IMG/VR virus record: IMGVR_UViG_3300034684_000292
Location: 6,848 to 70,847 of that record
Strand: one strand, 5' to 3'
DNA length: 64,000 nucleotides
From: a virus
The position numbers were made by a program, and so were the translations under genes. The notes below the pieces were generated by a model, which ran no database searches, was not told where the DNA came from, and saw nothing but the letters and a program-made list of their open reading frames with translations. Of this stretch, positions 27,610 through 36,949 are shown piece after piece. Numbering within the stretch: position 1 is the stretch's first letter; each line of letters begins with the position of its first letter.

Positions 27610-28250
27610 ATATAGTAACTGTTTAAAAGTTTATGGAAATAAAAATCTGTACCCGCTTGGAAAGTGAAGTTTATGGTTACCTGTTGACCAAAGCCGAGTT
27701 GTTCCTTAATATTTGAACGTATATAATCCTCAATAACTATTCTTTCATCTTCATGAGCCCCATCAAAATACAAAGATTTGATGGTAAAACTTATCGATAC
27801 GGGGCTTGTTAAGTCTTCCGTATCACCCACAAGAAAATAACCTATATCCTCAGAATCATTAAACAAAGTTCCCTGTGTTTTTGAATCCAATAAAAGAAAA
27901 GTAGGATAACTCCAATAATCCGAATCATCAACTGTAACCTCACCCAGAGTAAGTACACTTAACCACAATTCGAGTCCGATTTTACTTCCACGAAGTCCCG
28001 TTATTGTACCCACATTAAGTAAATATTGCTGAATAATCTGTACCGGCATACTCGCAGGAATATAAACTCCATAATCCGCAAGTTGCATGGTCATCCATTT
28101 TCTGTTTAGAAACAAAACAGGGTTATGAAGTTTAACCGCCCTTGATATTTCCGAGAATTTGTAGTCATACAGAGCATCCAACACATCTATAAAATCCGAT
28201 GTATTTACACCCTGTATGGCTGCCTCAGGTATTCTTTTCCTAAATTGCAT
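27606..28250 (-). CDS. baseplate wedge protein (P2 gpI-like)
   Basis: follows the J-like gene; LRGSKIGLE motif. Confidence 0.6.
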   Translation of the reverse strand: MQFRKRIPEAAIQGVNTSDFIDVLDALYDYKFSEISRAVKLHNPVLFLNRKWMTMQLADYGVYIPASMPVQIIQQYLLNVGTITGLRGSKIGLELWLSVLTLGEVTVDDSDYWSYPTFLLLDSKTQGTLFNDSEDIGYFLVGDTEDLTSPVSISFTIKSLYFDGAHEDERIVIEDYIRSNIKEQLGFGQQVTINFTFQAGTDFYFHKLLNSYYI

Positions 28251-29748
28251 TTACTCTGACTGTTATTGCCTCCGAAGGAGTTGTTCTGAATATTTCCGTT
28301 TCACTCAAATAAACATCGGGAAGAATCTTTTCAGTACCATCGAAGTACTTAAAAGCCACACTTTGTATTCCTGTCAAAGAAGTTCTTATAGCCATCTCCA
28401 CATTTGCCTTAATGAAATTTCCACCATACTTGGCATTGATTCGGGGGTTGGTAAAATCCTGTATAACCCTTGTAACTCCTTCGGTAACGGTGCTCATATT
28501 GGTTCCATAAGCAACTATAACCTCAACAACTACCTTAGTCGCCGTAAGAGAAATTTTTTCCAGAAGGTTTACATAGTTATTGTCAACATACCTGCCTACA
28601 TATCCCGCCATAAGTGTGGGATGAAAATCTTCCGCAAGTATGGCAATTTCCGAAACGGTAAGATTATCCGAAACTCCCTTAGGAATTACATAATAAATAA
28701 CTTCCCTTCCGCTTAAAACTACTTTGGCTTGATGTACAAACGAAAAACCTTTCAATATTTGTTCGGCTACTTTTTCGTTTATTGCTGCACGTTTTGTACC
28801 AAAATACAACGGTGCTTTTTCTTTTATTGCCGATAATGGTTCGGGGTCTGCACCGTTTAATGCAGGTGTAACCATTAACGCCGAAAGAATAGGTCTCTCA
28901 GGTAAACTGTCATGTACTACTGCCACATTTGTATCCATGTTACCCTTACTACCGATAGTTGTTCTGTAACCGACCCTTATAAGTTTTCCCGTTGCAGGAG
29001 TTAACCCGTATCCATCACTTCCGAAGTAAATAGTAACTTCACCGTTTTCCTCAGGTAGTGCGATGTAATGAGGGCTATCCGAAGAAGACCTTCCGAAGTT
29101 ATTAACTCTCGTGTATCTTATATTGTCGATAATTACGTAAATACTGTCAATATCTATATTCTTTTTGCTCAAAAATATGTTGTGCCCGTTATAAGTAACA
29201 TCTTCGGCAATATGTGTACCTTCTTTTAGAATTACTTGTTTTGACAGTTCCGCAGAAGAAATTTCCACAGTAAAAGCCTCATCATTCGTAAATTCGATAC
29301 CTCCGACCGCAATAGTTACATCTCCTCGTTCGTATGTAACTTCCTCCCCCGCAACAAATTGAAGTGAAAAAGTTGCCGAAGCACCCTTACATGTTGTGGG
29401 AATGTATCCCATAGAAGAAGCCCGTGAAAAAGCATTACTGTAAGACCTCATCTTGCGTAAAATGCTCTCATTTGCAAAAGCATTGATGTACCAGAAATCC
29501 TTTTCGGAAAATAATGCCATAAGCTCAACCAAAAACATCCCAAAATCAGACTTGCTCCTGTCAGTCCATTGAGGAAACAATGAATCCGCAAGCGAATTTG
29601 CCTTATCGACCATCTGTATCATTGTTACATTAGTCAATAAGTCCTCTTCCGGTATAATCAAAAATTGAGAATATCTCTGCAATTTCTGTAATGTCGATAA
29701 ATCCAGAGAATTGAAATATTCTATAAGTTGTTCCTTAGTCTGAGCCAT
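28240..29748 (-). CDS. baseplate wedge protein (J/gp6-like)
   Basis: WTD...DFG, YFGSDGYG..P, NGADPEPLSAIK. Confidence 0.8.
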   Translation of the reverse strand: MAQTKEQLIEYFNSLDLSTLQKLQRYSQFLIIPEEDLLTNVTMIQMVDKANSLADSLFPQWTDRSKSDFGMFLVELMALFSEKDFWYINAFANESILRKMRSYSNAFSRASSMGYIPTTCKGASATFSLQFVAGEEVTYERGDVTIAVGGIEFTNDEAFTVEISSAELSKQVILKEGTHIAEDVTYNGHNIFLSKKNIDIDSIYVIIDNIRYTRVNNFGRSSSDSPHYIALPEENGEVTIYFGSDGYGLTPATGKLIRVGYRTTIGSKGNMDTNVAVVHDSLPERPILSALMVTPALNGADPEPLSAIKEKAPLYFGTKRAAINEKVAEQILKGFSFVHQAKVVLSGREVIYYVIPKGVSDNLTVSEIAILAEDFHPTLMAGYVGRYVDNNYVNLLEKISLTATKVVVEVIVAYGTNMSTVTEGVTRVIQDFTNPRINAKYGGNFIKANVEMAIRTSLTGIQSVAFKYFDGTEKILPDVYLSETEIFRTTPSEAITVRVNAI

Positions 29749-29749
29749 G

Positions 29750-30112
29750 TCATATAAATATTACATCATTAATTTTAGTCTTGTCATCAAGTATGACCTC
29801 ATAATTGAGTAAAAGATGGTACTCCGTTCTGTTGGAAACATCATAACCAATATCCATACCCTTAACTTTAATGTTCGGAACGTACTGTTCAAGTCCTTTT
29901 TGGAGCTTACCGAGAATCAAAGTTCTGTTAAGCTGCAAAGTTGACAGAGGTTTCTGCACCAAAGATAAGAAATCTGCTCCATAATCGGAAAGATAAACCC
30001 TAAATTTATCGAAGGTACAGTAAAACCATAAAGAATCTTTTACTTTTATGTTTCCTTCGGTAAGCTGAAACCTTCCGTTCTGTAATTGAAATCTGCAAGT
30101 TAGTCCTCTCAT
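29750..30112 (-). CDS. gp25/GPW-like baseplate protein
   Basis: RVYLSDYG, LEQYVPNI; position. Confidence 0.65.
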   Translation of the reverse strand: MRGLTCRFQLQNGRFQLTEGNIKVKDSLWFYCTFDKFRVYLSDYGADFLSLVQKPLSTLQLNRTLILGKLQKGLEQYVPNIKVKGMDIGYDVSNRTEYHLLLNYEVILDDKTKINDVIFI

Positions 30113-30113
30113 G

Positions 30114-30386
30114 TTAATTAATTTTTGCCGGTTTTATAGATGTAACAGTAGCCGGCCCGGATGCCGTAGTTACACTTATATGCGTATTATTCACAACTAT
30201 GTCTCCACTCTGAACGTATGAATGTACAGATTTGGCCACTACTTCCGCAATTTTTCCTACAACTGTATCAATAATGGCCTCAGGACTTTCATCCTCATTA
30301 CCGTTTTGAGCATTTAGTGATTGTTCAATGAGTGCATCCTTAATGCCCTCAAACAAATCCTTTTTTAGTTTACTTACATCAAGCAT
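30114..30386 (-). CDS. small baseplate-associated protein
   Basis: position between spike and gp25. Confidence 0.5.
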   Translation of the reverse strand: MLDVSKLKKDLFEGIKDALIEQSLNAQNGNEDESPEAIIDTVVGKIAEVVAKSVHSYVQSGDIVVNNTHISVTTASGPATVTSIKPAKIN

Positions 30387-30804
30387 CTTTTAATGGTTTA
30401 ATAAGATTCTCAATTTCCTCCAAATCGGTCTTTATTTCGGTGAGTTTCTGAATCGTATTCGGCATAAAAGGCATTGGCCCGATAGCCGTATTTGTCTTAG
30501 CCTTTAACAGCAACTCCACTAATTCCATATTTATACTTAGAAGCCGTTCAAACAGATTATAATTTTCCGAATTTGCACCCTTTACAGGATAAAATCCAAT
30601 AATAAAACTGTTATCGGTTTTACCCTCATACGTAAGAAGCGCCAGAAAAGAATCCTTGTTTTCATCAATCCATTTTTGGGAAGGAATAGGAACATCCATA
30701 CCCGTAACGGCAATGGGAGCATAAAAATGTTCACCCGTTCTGCGCTTTACTTGGTATAAGTTACCCTTAGTTTTACCCGTAATTTTAGCAAATTCAATCA
30801 TCAT
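30379..30804 (-). CDS. putative baseplate spike (OB-fold)
   Basis: position after the hub; NTAIGP motif. Confidence 0.5.
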   Translation of the reverse strand: MMIEFAKITGKTKGNLYQVKRRTGEHFYAPIAVTGMDVPIPSQKWIDENKDSFLALLTYEGKTDNSFIIGFYPVKGANSENYNLFERLLSINMELVELLLKAKTNTAIGPMPFMPNTIQKLTEIKTDLEEIENLIKPLKDA

Positions 30805-32171
30805 TTCCTAAATTCTAATTCGGTAATTGGCCCCTGACTACCCCATATATGTTTCAATCCCATAAGTAAATATTTGCCCTCAGAAGTTTTTGAAGTGTAT
30901 CTTAGTATTCCTCGAACATTGTACACTTGTTGGGAACGTATCCGTAAATCCTGTGCACAAGTTGCAGTTACAGTAATTCCCATAAGTGCCCTGTCAAAAA
31001 CAGCCATTTCCTCATCATATACCTCCTTAATTCGATAATAATACCTCGCGAAATTTGGACTTTCATCCTCAGGATTCTTAACTCCACTCGACCACTCCAA
31101 AGAAGTAGGGTCAGAGTTTCTTATTTTCTCAGCAATATCGGGTCTATTCTCATGAATATATTGAATGCGTGATTCATCCAATTCATAAAATCTTACAACA
31201 CGTTTACCGTCCTGTTCTGTAATTTCGGCAATAGCTTCAGTATACTCACCCGTTTCCTTGTTAAAGTACATGGCAGACCTCGAAACAGAAGCCGCCATAG
31301 ATATGTCCTCATCAATAGTAACATCCCATATTAATCTTGGTCGATTATACTCTAAATATCTTTGGCTGTGCATCTCTTCATCCCGAATATCCTTTACTCC
31401 ATAAGTACCTTGAAGAGGATAAAGAAAGTTTATTTCCTCATTATAAGAACGAGAAGCCTTTTCGGTATCTATAAAATAAAGTTTTTCAACACCATCTTCG
31501 TATGAAATCCATAATGTACACCCATGTTGTGTAGCCAATTCATTTAAGAATGCCCAATCGGTAACTCCTTTTTGATGTTTGGCCGATTCGAGAGTAAACG
31601 ATTTATTTGCAACTTTCTTAGGAAGAATAATAGCACCAATTTCCACACCATCCTCTTTTGAGATTCCCTCAATAACTTCCCGTAACTGAATACTGTCTTT
31701 TCCTTTTAAGAAATTTCTTGAACTGTCCGGGTCAGGATACGTAATGTACTTTGGCTCTTTCCCCATTTGAGTATATCCGTAACTGTATGCAGTAACAGTG
31801 AATTTTGCCCTTCCGTTGTTTGGCAATTCGGTTCTTATGCGTACAATGGTTCCGGAAAATACTTTTCGCAATGAACTACCTTCATCCGTATAGAATCCAC
31901 CATACAATACAACCCATTGACCCCAAATCATTCTTTGAATAAGAACATCCGCATCTTTATCAATTGTAAATGTGAGTACGTTCAGTAAACTTGCTTGTTC
32001 CTCGTAAATTACATCTCCACCAACAAATGATTCCACATCGATATACTCTCCATTATTGTCGAGTAGTTTTTTCTCGCCTCTCGATATAAAGTTATCATCC
32101 GATGCAGGTTTAGAGCCCGGAGAATATACTCTTATTTTAAATTCGTTCTGTGTAGGTCTATACAGTCCCAT
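30801..32171 (-). CDS. baseplate hub (gpD/gp27-like)
   Basis: VFSGTI, QKGVTDWAFLNELA, GKYLL..LKH. Confidence 0.75.
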   Translation of the reverse strand: MGLYRPTQNEFKIRVYSPGSKPASDDNFISRGEKKLLDNNGEYIDVESFVGGDVIYEEQASLLNVLTFTIDKDADVLIQRMIWGQWVVLYGGFYTDEGSSLRKVFSGTIVRIRTELPNNGRAKFTVTAYSYGYTQMGKEPKYITYPDPDSSRNFLKGKDSIQLREVIEGISKEDGVEIGAIILPKKVANKSFTLESAKHQKGVTDWAFLNELATQHGCTLWISYEDGVEKLYFIDTEKASRSYNEEINFLYPLQGTYGVKDIRDEEMHSQRYLEYNRPRLIWDVTIDEDISMAASVSRSAMYFNKETGEYTEAIAEITEQDGKRVVRFYELDESRIQYIHENRPDIAEKIRNSDPTSLEWSSGVKNPEDESPNFARYYYRIKEVYDEEMAVFDRALMGITVTATCAQDLRIRSQQVYNVRGILRYTSKTSEGKYLLMGLKHIWGSQGPITELEFRK

Positions 32172-32469
32172 AGATTACTTTGTTTGTATCGGAATCCCTG
32201 ATTATAACCTTAGGAAGTTTCAAAACATCTCCAAGTTTCCAATCATCAGGCATTCTTGGAGGGTTATTATCCGCAATATATGTCCACATATAAGATAAAC
32301 CTCTGCCAAAAATTCTTTCGGCAATTACATACAGGTCTTCATTCGCTTTTACAATATATTCGTACCATTCCACAGTTACGGAAGGGTCTTTTATCGGATA
32401 ATGTGCAACCTTACCTCCCAATAACTGAAAAACAAGTCTTTTTTTGGTATAAAAATTGGAATTTATCAT
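32158..32469 (-). CDS. LysM-like tail protein (gpX-like)
   Basis: YIVKANEDLYVIAE...WTYIADNN...GDVLKLP. Confidence 0.75.
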   Translation of the reverse strand: MINSNFYTKKRLVFQLLGGKVAHYPIKDPSVTVEWYEYIVKANEDLYVIAERIFGRGLSYMWTYIADNNPPRMPDDWKLGDVLKLPKVIIRDSDTNKVIYGTV

Positions 32470-33251
32470 TGTATTTTACCCTCCCAATCAATTTGCCTGT
32501 TTATATTTGCATATTCCGTAACCGCAAATTCTATATCTACGGTTGCCCTTATAGGAGTTAAGTCCTTATCAAACAATGTGTAAGTTACAGGAGCACTTTT
32601 TACGAAACCTTCCAGATAAATTGGGCCGAGTGCCAATACTACAACATCAGGTGGTCTAAACTGTACAGAAGTAACTACTCCACCTTCCGCAAATTTAGGT
32701 GTGGGTTTATTATCCAATTTTGCAGGGTACAGAAACGACTGTAATCTTTCAACCTCAGGAAGTACTCCTCTCTCATGTACCCTTGTTATTGAATAAGCAC
32801 TTCCCACATAATCGAAATTTCCCGTTTCATCCCTTCCCTCAGGTGATATACTGTTAGCCTCAGTCGAGTTATACGCAGTAGGTCTGAAAAAAGAAGTCTT
32901 GCTTTGCGGTGTATTGTCCAGAAATAATTGAAAAGTTATTATTCTTTCACCACCACCGTTCCATATATAGTCGTTATACGCCAAACCCCCATAAGGTCTT
33001 ACTTCATACAGAGTTTCCTTAACATCGGAAATTTCCGCAGGGTTAAATTGGAAATAATAAGCCTCAGAAAAATCAATTTCTCTTTTGCGCAAAGATTCTC
33101 TCGGAATCATTATTCCCCTTGTATTTGTGTATCCACGAGGGTATCTTGAAGGGTTATCCGAAATACTTCCCGAAATTCGTTGAAATATGGAGCGAAATGC
33201 TCCCATTCCAACTACTGCTCCTGTACTTATTAAGTCTTTTCGTGTTGCCAT
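32466..33251 (-). CDS. tail tube initiator / CIS-tube-like protein
   Basis: FQFNPAEI, RPP..V, FDKDLTPIRATVDIEF; follows TMP. Confidence 0.7.
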   Translation of the reverse strand: MATRKDLISTGAVVGMGAFRSIFQRISGSISDNPSRYPRGYTNTRGIMIPRESLRKREIDFSEAYYFQFNPAEISDVKETLYEVRPYGGLAYNDYIWNGGGERIITFQLFLDNTPQSKTSFFRPTAYNSTEANSISPEGRDETGNFDYVGSAYSITRVHERGVLPEVERLQSFLYPAKLDNKPTPKFAEGGVVTSVQFRPPDVVVLALGPIYLEGFVKSAPVTYTLFDKDLTPIRATVDIEFAVTEYANINRQIDWEGKIQ

Positions 33252-33252
33252 A

Positions 33253-35292
33253 TCATCCTCCTGTTCTCACTTTATTTTGACGTTGCATATCTTCAAGTAT
33301 TTTCTTAACTTGTGCAGCAAGTAAATATTCATCAATACCCCCACCCTTATGTACAATAATTTGAACCGCTCCATTGCTGAGGTTAAACGTTGAGGGTTGC
33401 TCATTAGTTGCAGGTGTAGTCTTCGGTGCAGAAGGTGCTTGAATAATCGGGTTGACATTTACAGCTCCTGCCGAAGAACTTTCCCTCGACATATCCACAG
33501 AAGGTGTTGCCGGAACTTTATTGTCTCCCGTAATAAATGGAACACTGTATCCCCGTGCATTTGCAATATCCTGTGCCGACATGGTTACATCCTCATTTGC
33601 ACCACGCAGCCAATTAGTAACACCTGAAATACCCTTACCAACAATATTTTTTAATTTAGTCCACAATCCCGTAAGTGCATCGATAACTCCTTTTATAGGT
33701 TGAACAATCCATTTGTCTATCCACTTTCCGACAGTTGTATCCTTAAATTTTGTCCACATATTTGTAATCCATTCTCCAATATTGGAAAAAAATTCACCGA
33801 TAGGCTTAAATATTTTGGTTTTTACCCATTTCCAAGCATCTTCAAGTTTTGCTCTAACATTTACATACACCCACATTAAGGAATTCCATACAAGTTTCAA
33901 TGCTTCCTTAATCATTGTAAAGGTGTTATTCACAAAATTACGAAACTGCTCAGATTTTTTGTACAGTAAAACAAGCCCGGAAATAGCAAGTGCAATCCAA
34001 CCAATAGGGTTACTTGCAGTAAATAACCTAAGTATTGCTTTTGTTCCGGCAAGTAATATCTTAGGTAAATTAATTATTATCCCTTTAATGAGCCTGAAAC
34101 CTTTTACTGCACCCTGAACAATAGACAATAACCTTCCCGCCATTGGGAATACTATCTTAAAAGCCTTAGTTACAGGAGCAAATAACCCGCCCGTGAATAT
34201 AGCTTTTATCATCCTGTTAAAGGTTTTCATTCTTCCTATTCCGACAAGGAGTAAAGTGTTCATGGCTCTGACAGATGCAAGTGCAGCCTCACTAATAACA
34301 AACACTTTTTTCAACCCCCAAAATACGAGAAGTACCTTAGCAATACCCTTTATTAATCCGCCATATTCATCAAAGAAGTCCTTTACACGTAATTTCCAGA
34401 ATTCCAACCAAACTACAAGCGACCTCATGCGCTCTGCAAAAGTCTCACTTGAACCGAGCATCATGTTGGTTGCATTTTTAGCTTGTCTTCCTAACCATAA
34501 GATAACTTTTCCCACTTGTTTTACAGTCCAACCAAGTATGATACCGATTCCCTCTCCATATTGTTTTATCATTTGAAAGTTTCTTGCAAATGCTTCCGCA
34601 ATTCCTTTCAGTGCGGAGTTGGTCATACCCGTTAAACTGCTTGGGTCATTAGGCCTACCGACAATTGCTTGCATGAATCCTGCCCAAGTACCCTTTAACC
34701 TTGTCATTTGGTCTTGAATAGTTTCAAAGTCCTCCTTGATTAATTGTTGCAAACCCTTGTGTTGCTTAACGAAGTTAAGTATAGCCTGTTGCCTCATTAG
34801 GGTATTAGCCGGGTACATTTCAAAATACCTTGCAGCTCTTTGTGTGAGCAATCCCATATCGACAAGTGCTCCCATACTGCCAGAAATTCCGCTGGAAATT
34901 GCTTGAGCAAATTCGGAGAATGAACGTCCTGTGGCATGTGCAGCCTTATTAATCCATTCGAGATTTTCCCCTACTTTAACGCCGGCAGACATGAGTTCAT
35001 TCATTCCACGTAGTTGGTCATCCACTGTAAAATAAGATTGACCTTTTATCAAACGTTCCTGTGCCTGTTCCATTGCTCTCATAGTGGAAATCATTCCACC
35101 GAATCGCAAAGCATTTTCCCGCAAAGTATTGTTGAATTCCGTAGCCGTTCTATTCAGTGAATAAAAAGCAGAGGCTAACGTAAGAGATGCCCCCGCTAAC
35201 CTCGTAATTCTCGCAACTGTTTGTTGTGCAATGTTTATTCCAAAATCGTATGTAAATTGGGAGCCATTCCCTGTTACTTTTCCATTAGCCAT
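33253..35292 (-). CDS. tape measure protein
   Basis: 679 aa, helical, NPIGWIALAI and W-periodic repeats. Confidence 0.85.
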   Translation of the reverse strand: MANGKVTGNGSQFTYDFGINIAQQTVARITRLAGASLTLASAFYSLNRTATEFNNTLRENALRFGGMISTMRAMEQAQERLIKGQSYFTVDDQLRGMNELMSAGVKVGENLEWINKAAHATGRSFSEFAQAISSGISGSMGALVDMGLLTQRAARYFEMYPANTLMRQQAILNFVKQHKGLQQLIKEDFETIQDQMTRLKGTWAGFMQAIVGRPNDPSSLTGMTNSALKGIAEAFARNFQMIKQYGEGIGIILGWTVKQVGKVILWLGRQAKNATNMMLGSSETFAERMRSLVVWLEFWKLRVKDFFDEYGGLIKGIAKVLLVFWGLKKVFVISEAALASVRAMNTLLLVGIGRMKTFNRMIKAIFTGGLFAPVTKAFKIVFPMAGRLLSIVQGAVKGFRLIKGIIINLPKILLAGTKAILRLFTASNPIGWIALAISGLVLLYKKSEQFRNFVNNTFTMIKEALKLVWNSLMWVYVNVRAKLEDAWKWVKTKIFKPIGEFFSNIGEWITNMWTKFKDTTVGKWIDKWIVQPIKGVIDALTGLWTKLKNIVGKGISGVTNWLRGANEDVTMSAQDIANARGYSVPFITGDNKVPATPSVDMSRESSSAGAVNVNPIIQAPSAPKTTPATNEQPSTFNLSNGAVQIIVHKGGGIDEYLLAAQVKKILEDMQRQNKVRTGG

Positions 35293-35572
35293 TGAAGTTG
35301 TTTTTATTACGGTCTTCGGACTCCTTTTTTATGAGCTCCATTTCCATCTTAAATAACTTATCCCTTTCGTCGGCATCCATTTGAAGAATCGTATCGTACC
35401 CTTGTCCGAGACGTTTCATCAATATATACGCTTTTGACGTTAAGTCGTATTGTTCTCCTTCATCCTCCGCCAATTCTTTCGGTGGAAAAAGAATACCCTT
35501 GTTCGCCGACCATTGTGTAAACATAGGGTATTCTTTGTACCATAATTGAAAAACATCCGGGCAAAACGTCAT
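35285..35572 (-). CDS. tail assembly chaperone, C-terminal (T) frame
   Basis: -1 frame to the upstream gene; ILQMDADERD motif; directly before TMP. Confidence 0.7.
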   Translation of the reverse strand: MTFCPDVFQLWYKEYPMFTQWSANKGILFPPKELAEDEGEQYDLTSKAYILMKRLGQGYDTILQMDADERDKLFKMEMELIKKESEDRNKNNFNG

Positions 35573-36453
35573 TCCGAGAAAAAATTGGAAGCCTCCATAA
35601 CCATAGGAATCTCCCTCTGTTCATCACATCCGCAAGGCTCGTAATAAGCAAACGGAAGTGTAGGCAGATACTCTGTAAGTGCTTCTCGAACTTTACGTAA
35701 ATCCGAACCGTCCAAGTGCTCATTAAAAATTTTGAGCCCGTAGTAAGTATGAAATTCTTTTGGCAGAATATCTTGAACATTTCCATAATCGTCCAAACAC
35801 TGTATTTCCAATAAACAATCCATTGCGATACGCCTCCAGAATCCTATGCTATCAGAAATATATTTCTCGTTTCTGATTGCGTCTTCAAGCAACGGTGGTC
35901 TAAATACAAAACGTTTGAACTCCATTTCGGTGAGTCCTTGATATTCTTCCTTATCCGTAAGTTTTGAAATTTTAGGAGGTTTAAATCCATACTTCATATC
36001 CACAACAATATGCGAATAATCGGTAACAGATTCCATAGTTTCCTTAGTTTCGGGAAGAAAATCGATTTTATCCAAATCAATGTCCGCAATTAATTTTCTT
36101 CCGCAATACTTACAAATAACTTCCTGTTTAGGTATAAAACTAACCCATACTCTGCGATGAATCTCAACCAATAAAGTATTGATGTCCGCAAGAGTTAGCT
36201 TGTTTACAACCATAGGAATAGTTACAGACCCGTCTTTAAGGTATTTTTCCCTTACTTCCGAACCTATTTCATACTGTCCAATATTTTTTACAGCGGCCGA
36301 AACGACGTTTCCCTGCCATGTGTACGGTTTCTCAGAGAGTTTTTTCAGAAAAATTTTCTCCGCAACACCATTTGTTCTAAGTAATTCTACGTCCTTATGA
36401 ATTTCTCCGTTAAGATGTAATCCAACGGGTAATTCAAAAAATAATCCTTCCAT
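35569..36453 (-). CDS. tail assembly chaperone (G) with Zn-ribbon-like cysteines
   Basis: FELPVG, CKYCG, PCGC, C-terminal NFF; between tube and TMP. Confidence 0.7.
   Translation of the reverse strand: MEGLFFELPVGLHLNGEIHKDVELLRTNGVAEKIFLKKLSEKPYTWQGNVVSAAVKNIGQYEIGSEVREKYLKDGSVTIPMVVNKLTLADINTLLVEIHRRVWVSFIPKQEVICKYCGRKLIADIDLDKIDFLPETKETMESVTDYSHIVVDMKYGFKPPKISKLTDKEEYQGLTEMEFKRFVFRPPLLEDAIRNEKYISDSIGFWRRIAMDCLLEIQCLDDYGNVQDILPKEFHTYYGLKIFNEHLDGSDLRKVREALTEYLPTLPFAYYEPCGCDEQREIPMVMEASNFFSE
35578..35584 (-). other. candidate -1 ribosomal frameshift site T TTT TTC
   Basis: X XXY YYZ heptamer in frame; a -1 shift reads FFLGMTFCPD into the downstream ORF. Confidence 0.65.
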
Positions 36454-36486
36454 TTTTCTTCGTTTAGTGTTTGTTCAAAATTCTAA

Positions 36487-36948
36487 TTACGCTCCAACAG
36501 GTATGATATACCATCCATCACAAGTAGCCGTGTAGCTTACAGTATATTTGTCCTGCCCACCAACATCATAAGTAGGATGTTGCTCCGACATGAATCTGAA
36601 ATTTTCAAATACTATTGTAAATACCTCACGTCCATTGTGTAATTTTACTGCTCTGACAGGTAACTTTAATCCTGTTTCTATCATGGTAGTAACAAGTGCT
36701 TCCATTGCACGGTCTGCTTCATTACCCTGATAGGTTCTTGTTAAAGTCATTTCTCCATAGTCAATGAGTTGGTCGCTGAAGTTAAACTTCCTGTTTGTAC
36801 CACCATCAACAATTTGAACAGTTCCCGACTGTTTTTGTACTCCATCGAGAGTCTCAAATATTCCGTTGCTCAGTATTCCGGGTACGGGTATTTCCAAATA
36901 CCATCCGTTTACTACATAAGCATCTTGGGGTTTCTGCGGTTTAGCCAT
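36487..36948 (-). CDS. tail tube protein (gp19-like)
   Basis: 153 aa after sheath; YGEMTLTR. Confidence 0.8.
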   Translation of the reverse strand: MAKPQKPQDAYVVNGWYLEIPVPGILSNGIFETLDGVQKQSGTVQIVDGGTNRKFNFSDQLIDYGEMTLTRTYQGNEADRAMEALVTTMIETGLKLPVRAVKLHNGREVFTIVFENFRFMSEQHPTYDVGGQDKYTVSYTATCDGWYIIPVGA

Positions 36949-36949
36949 A

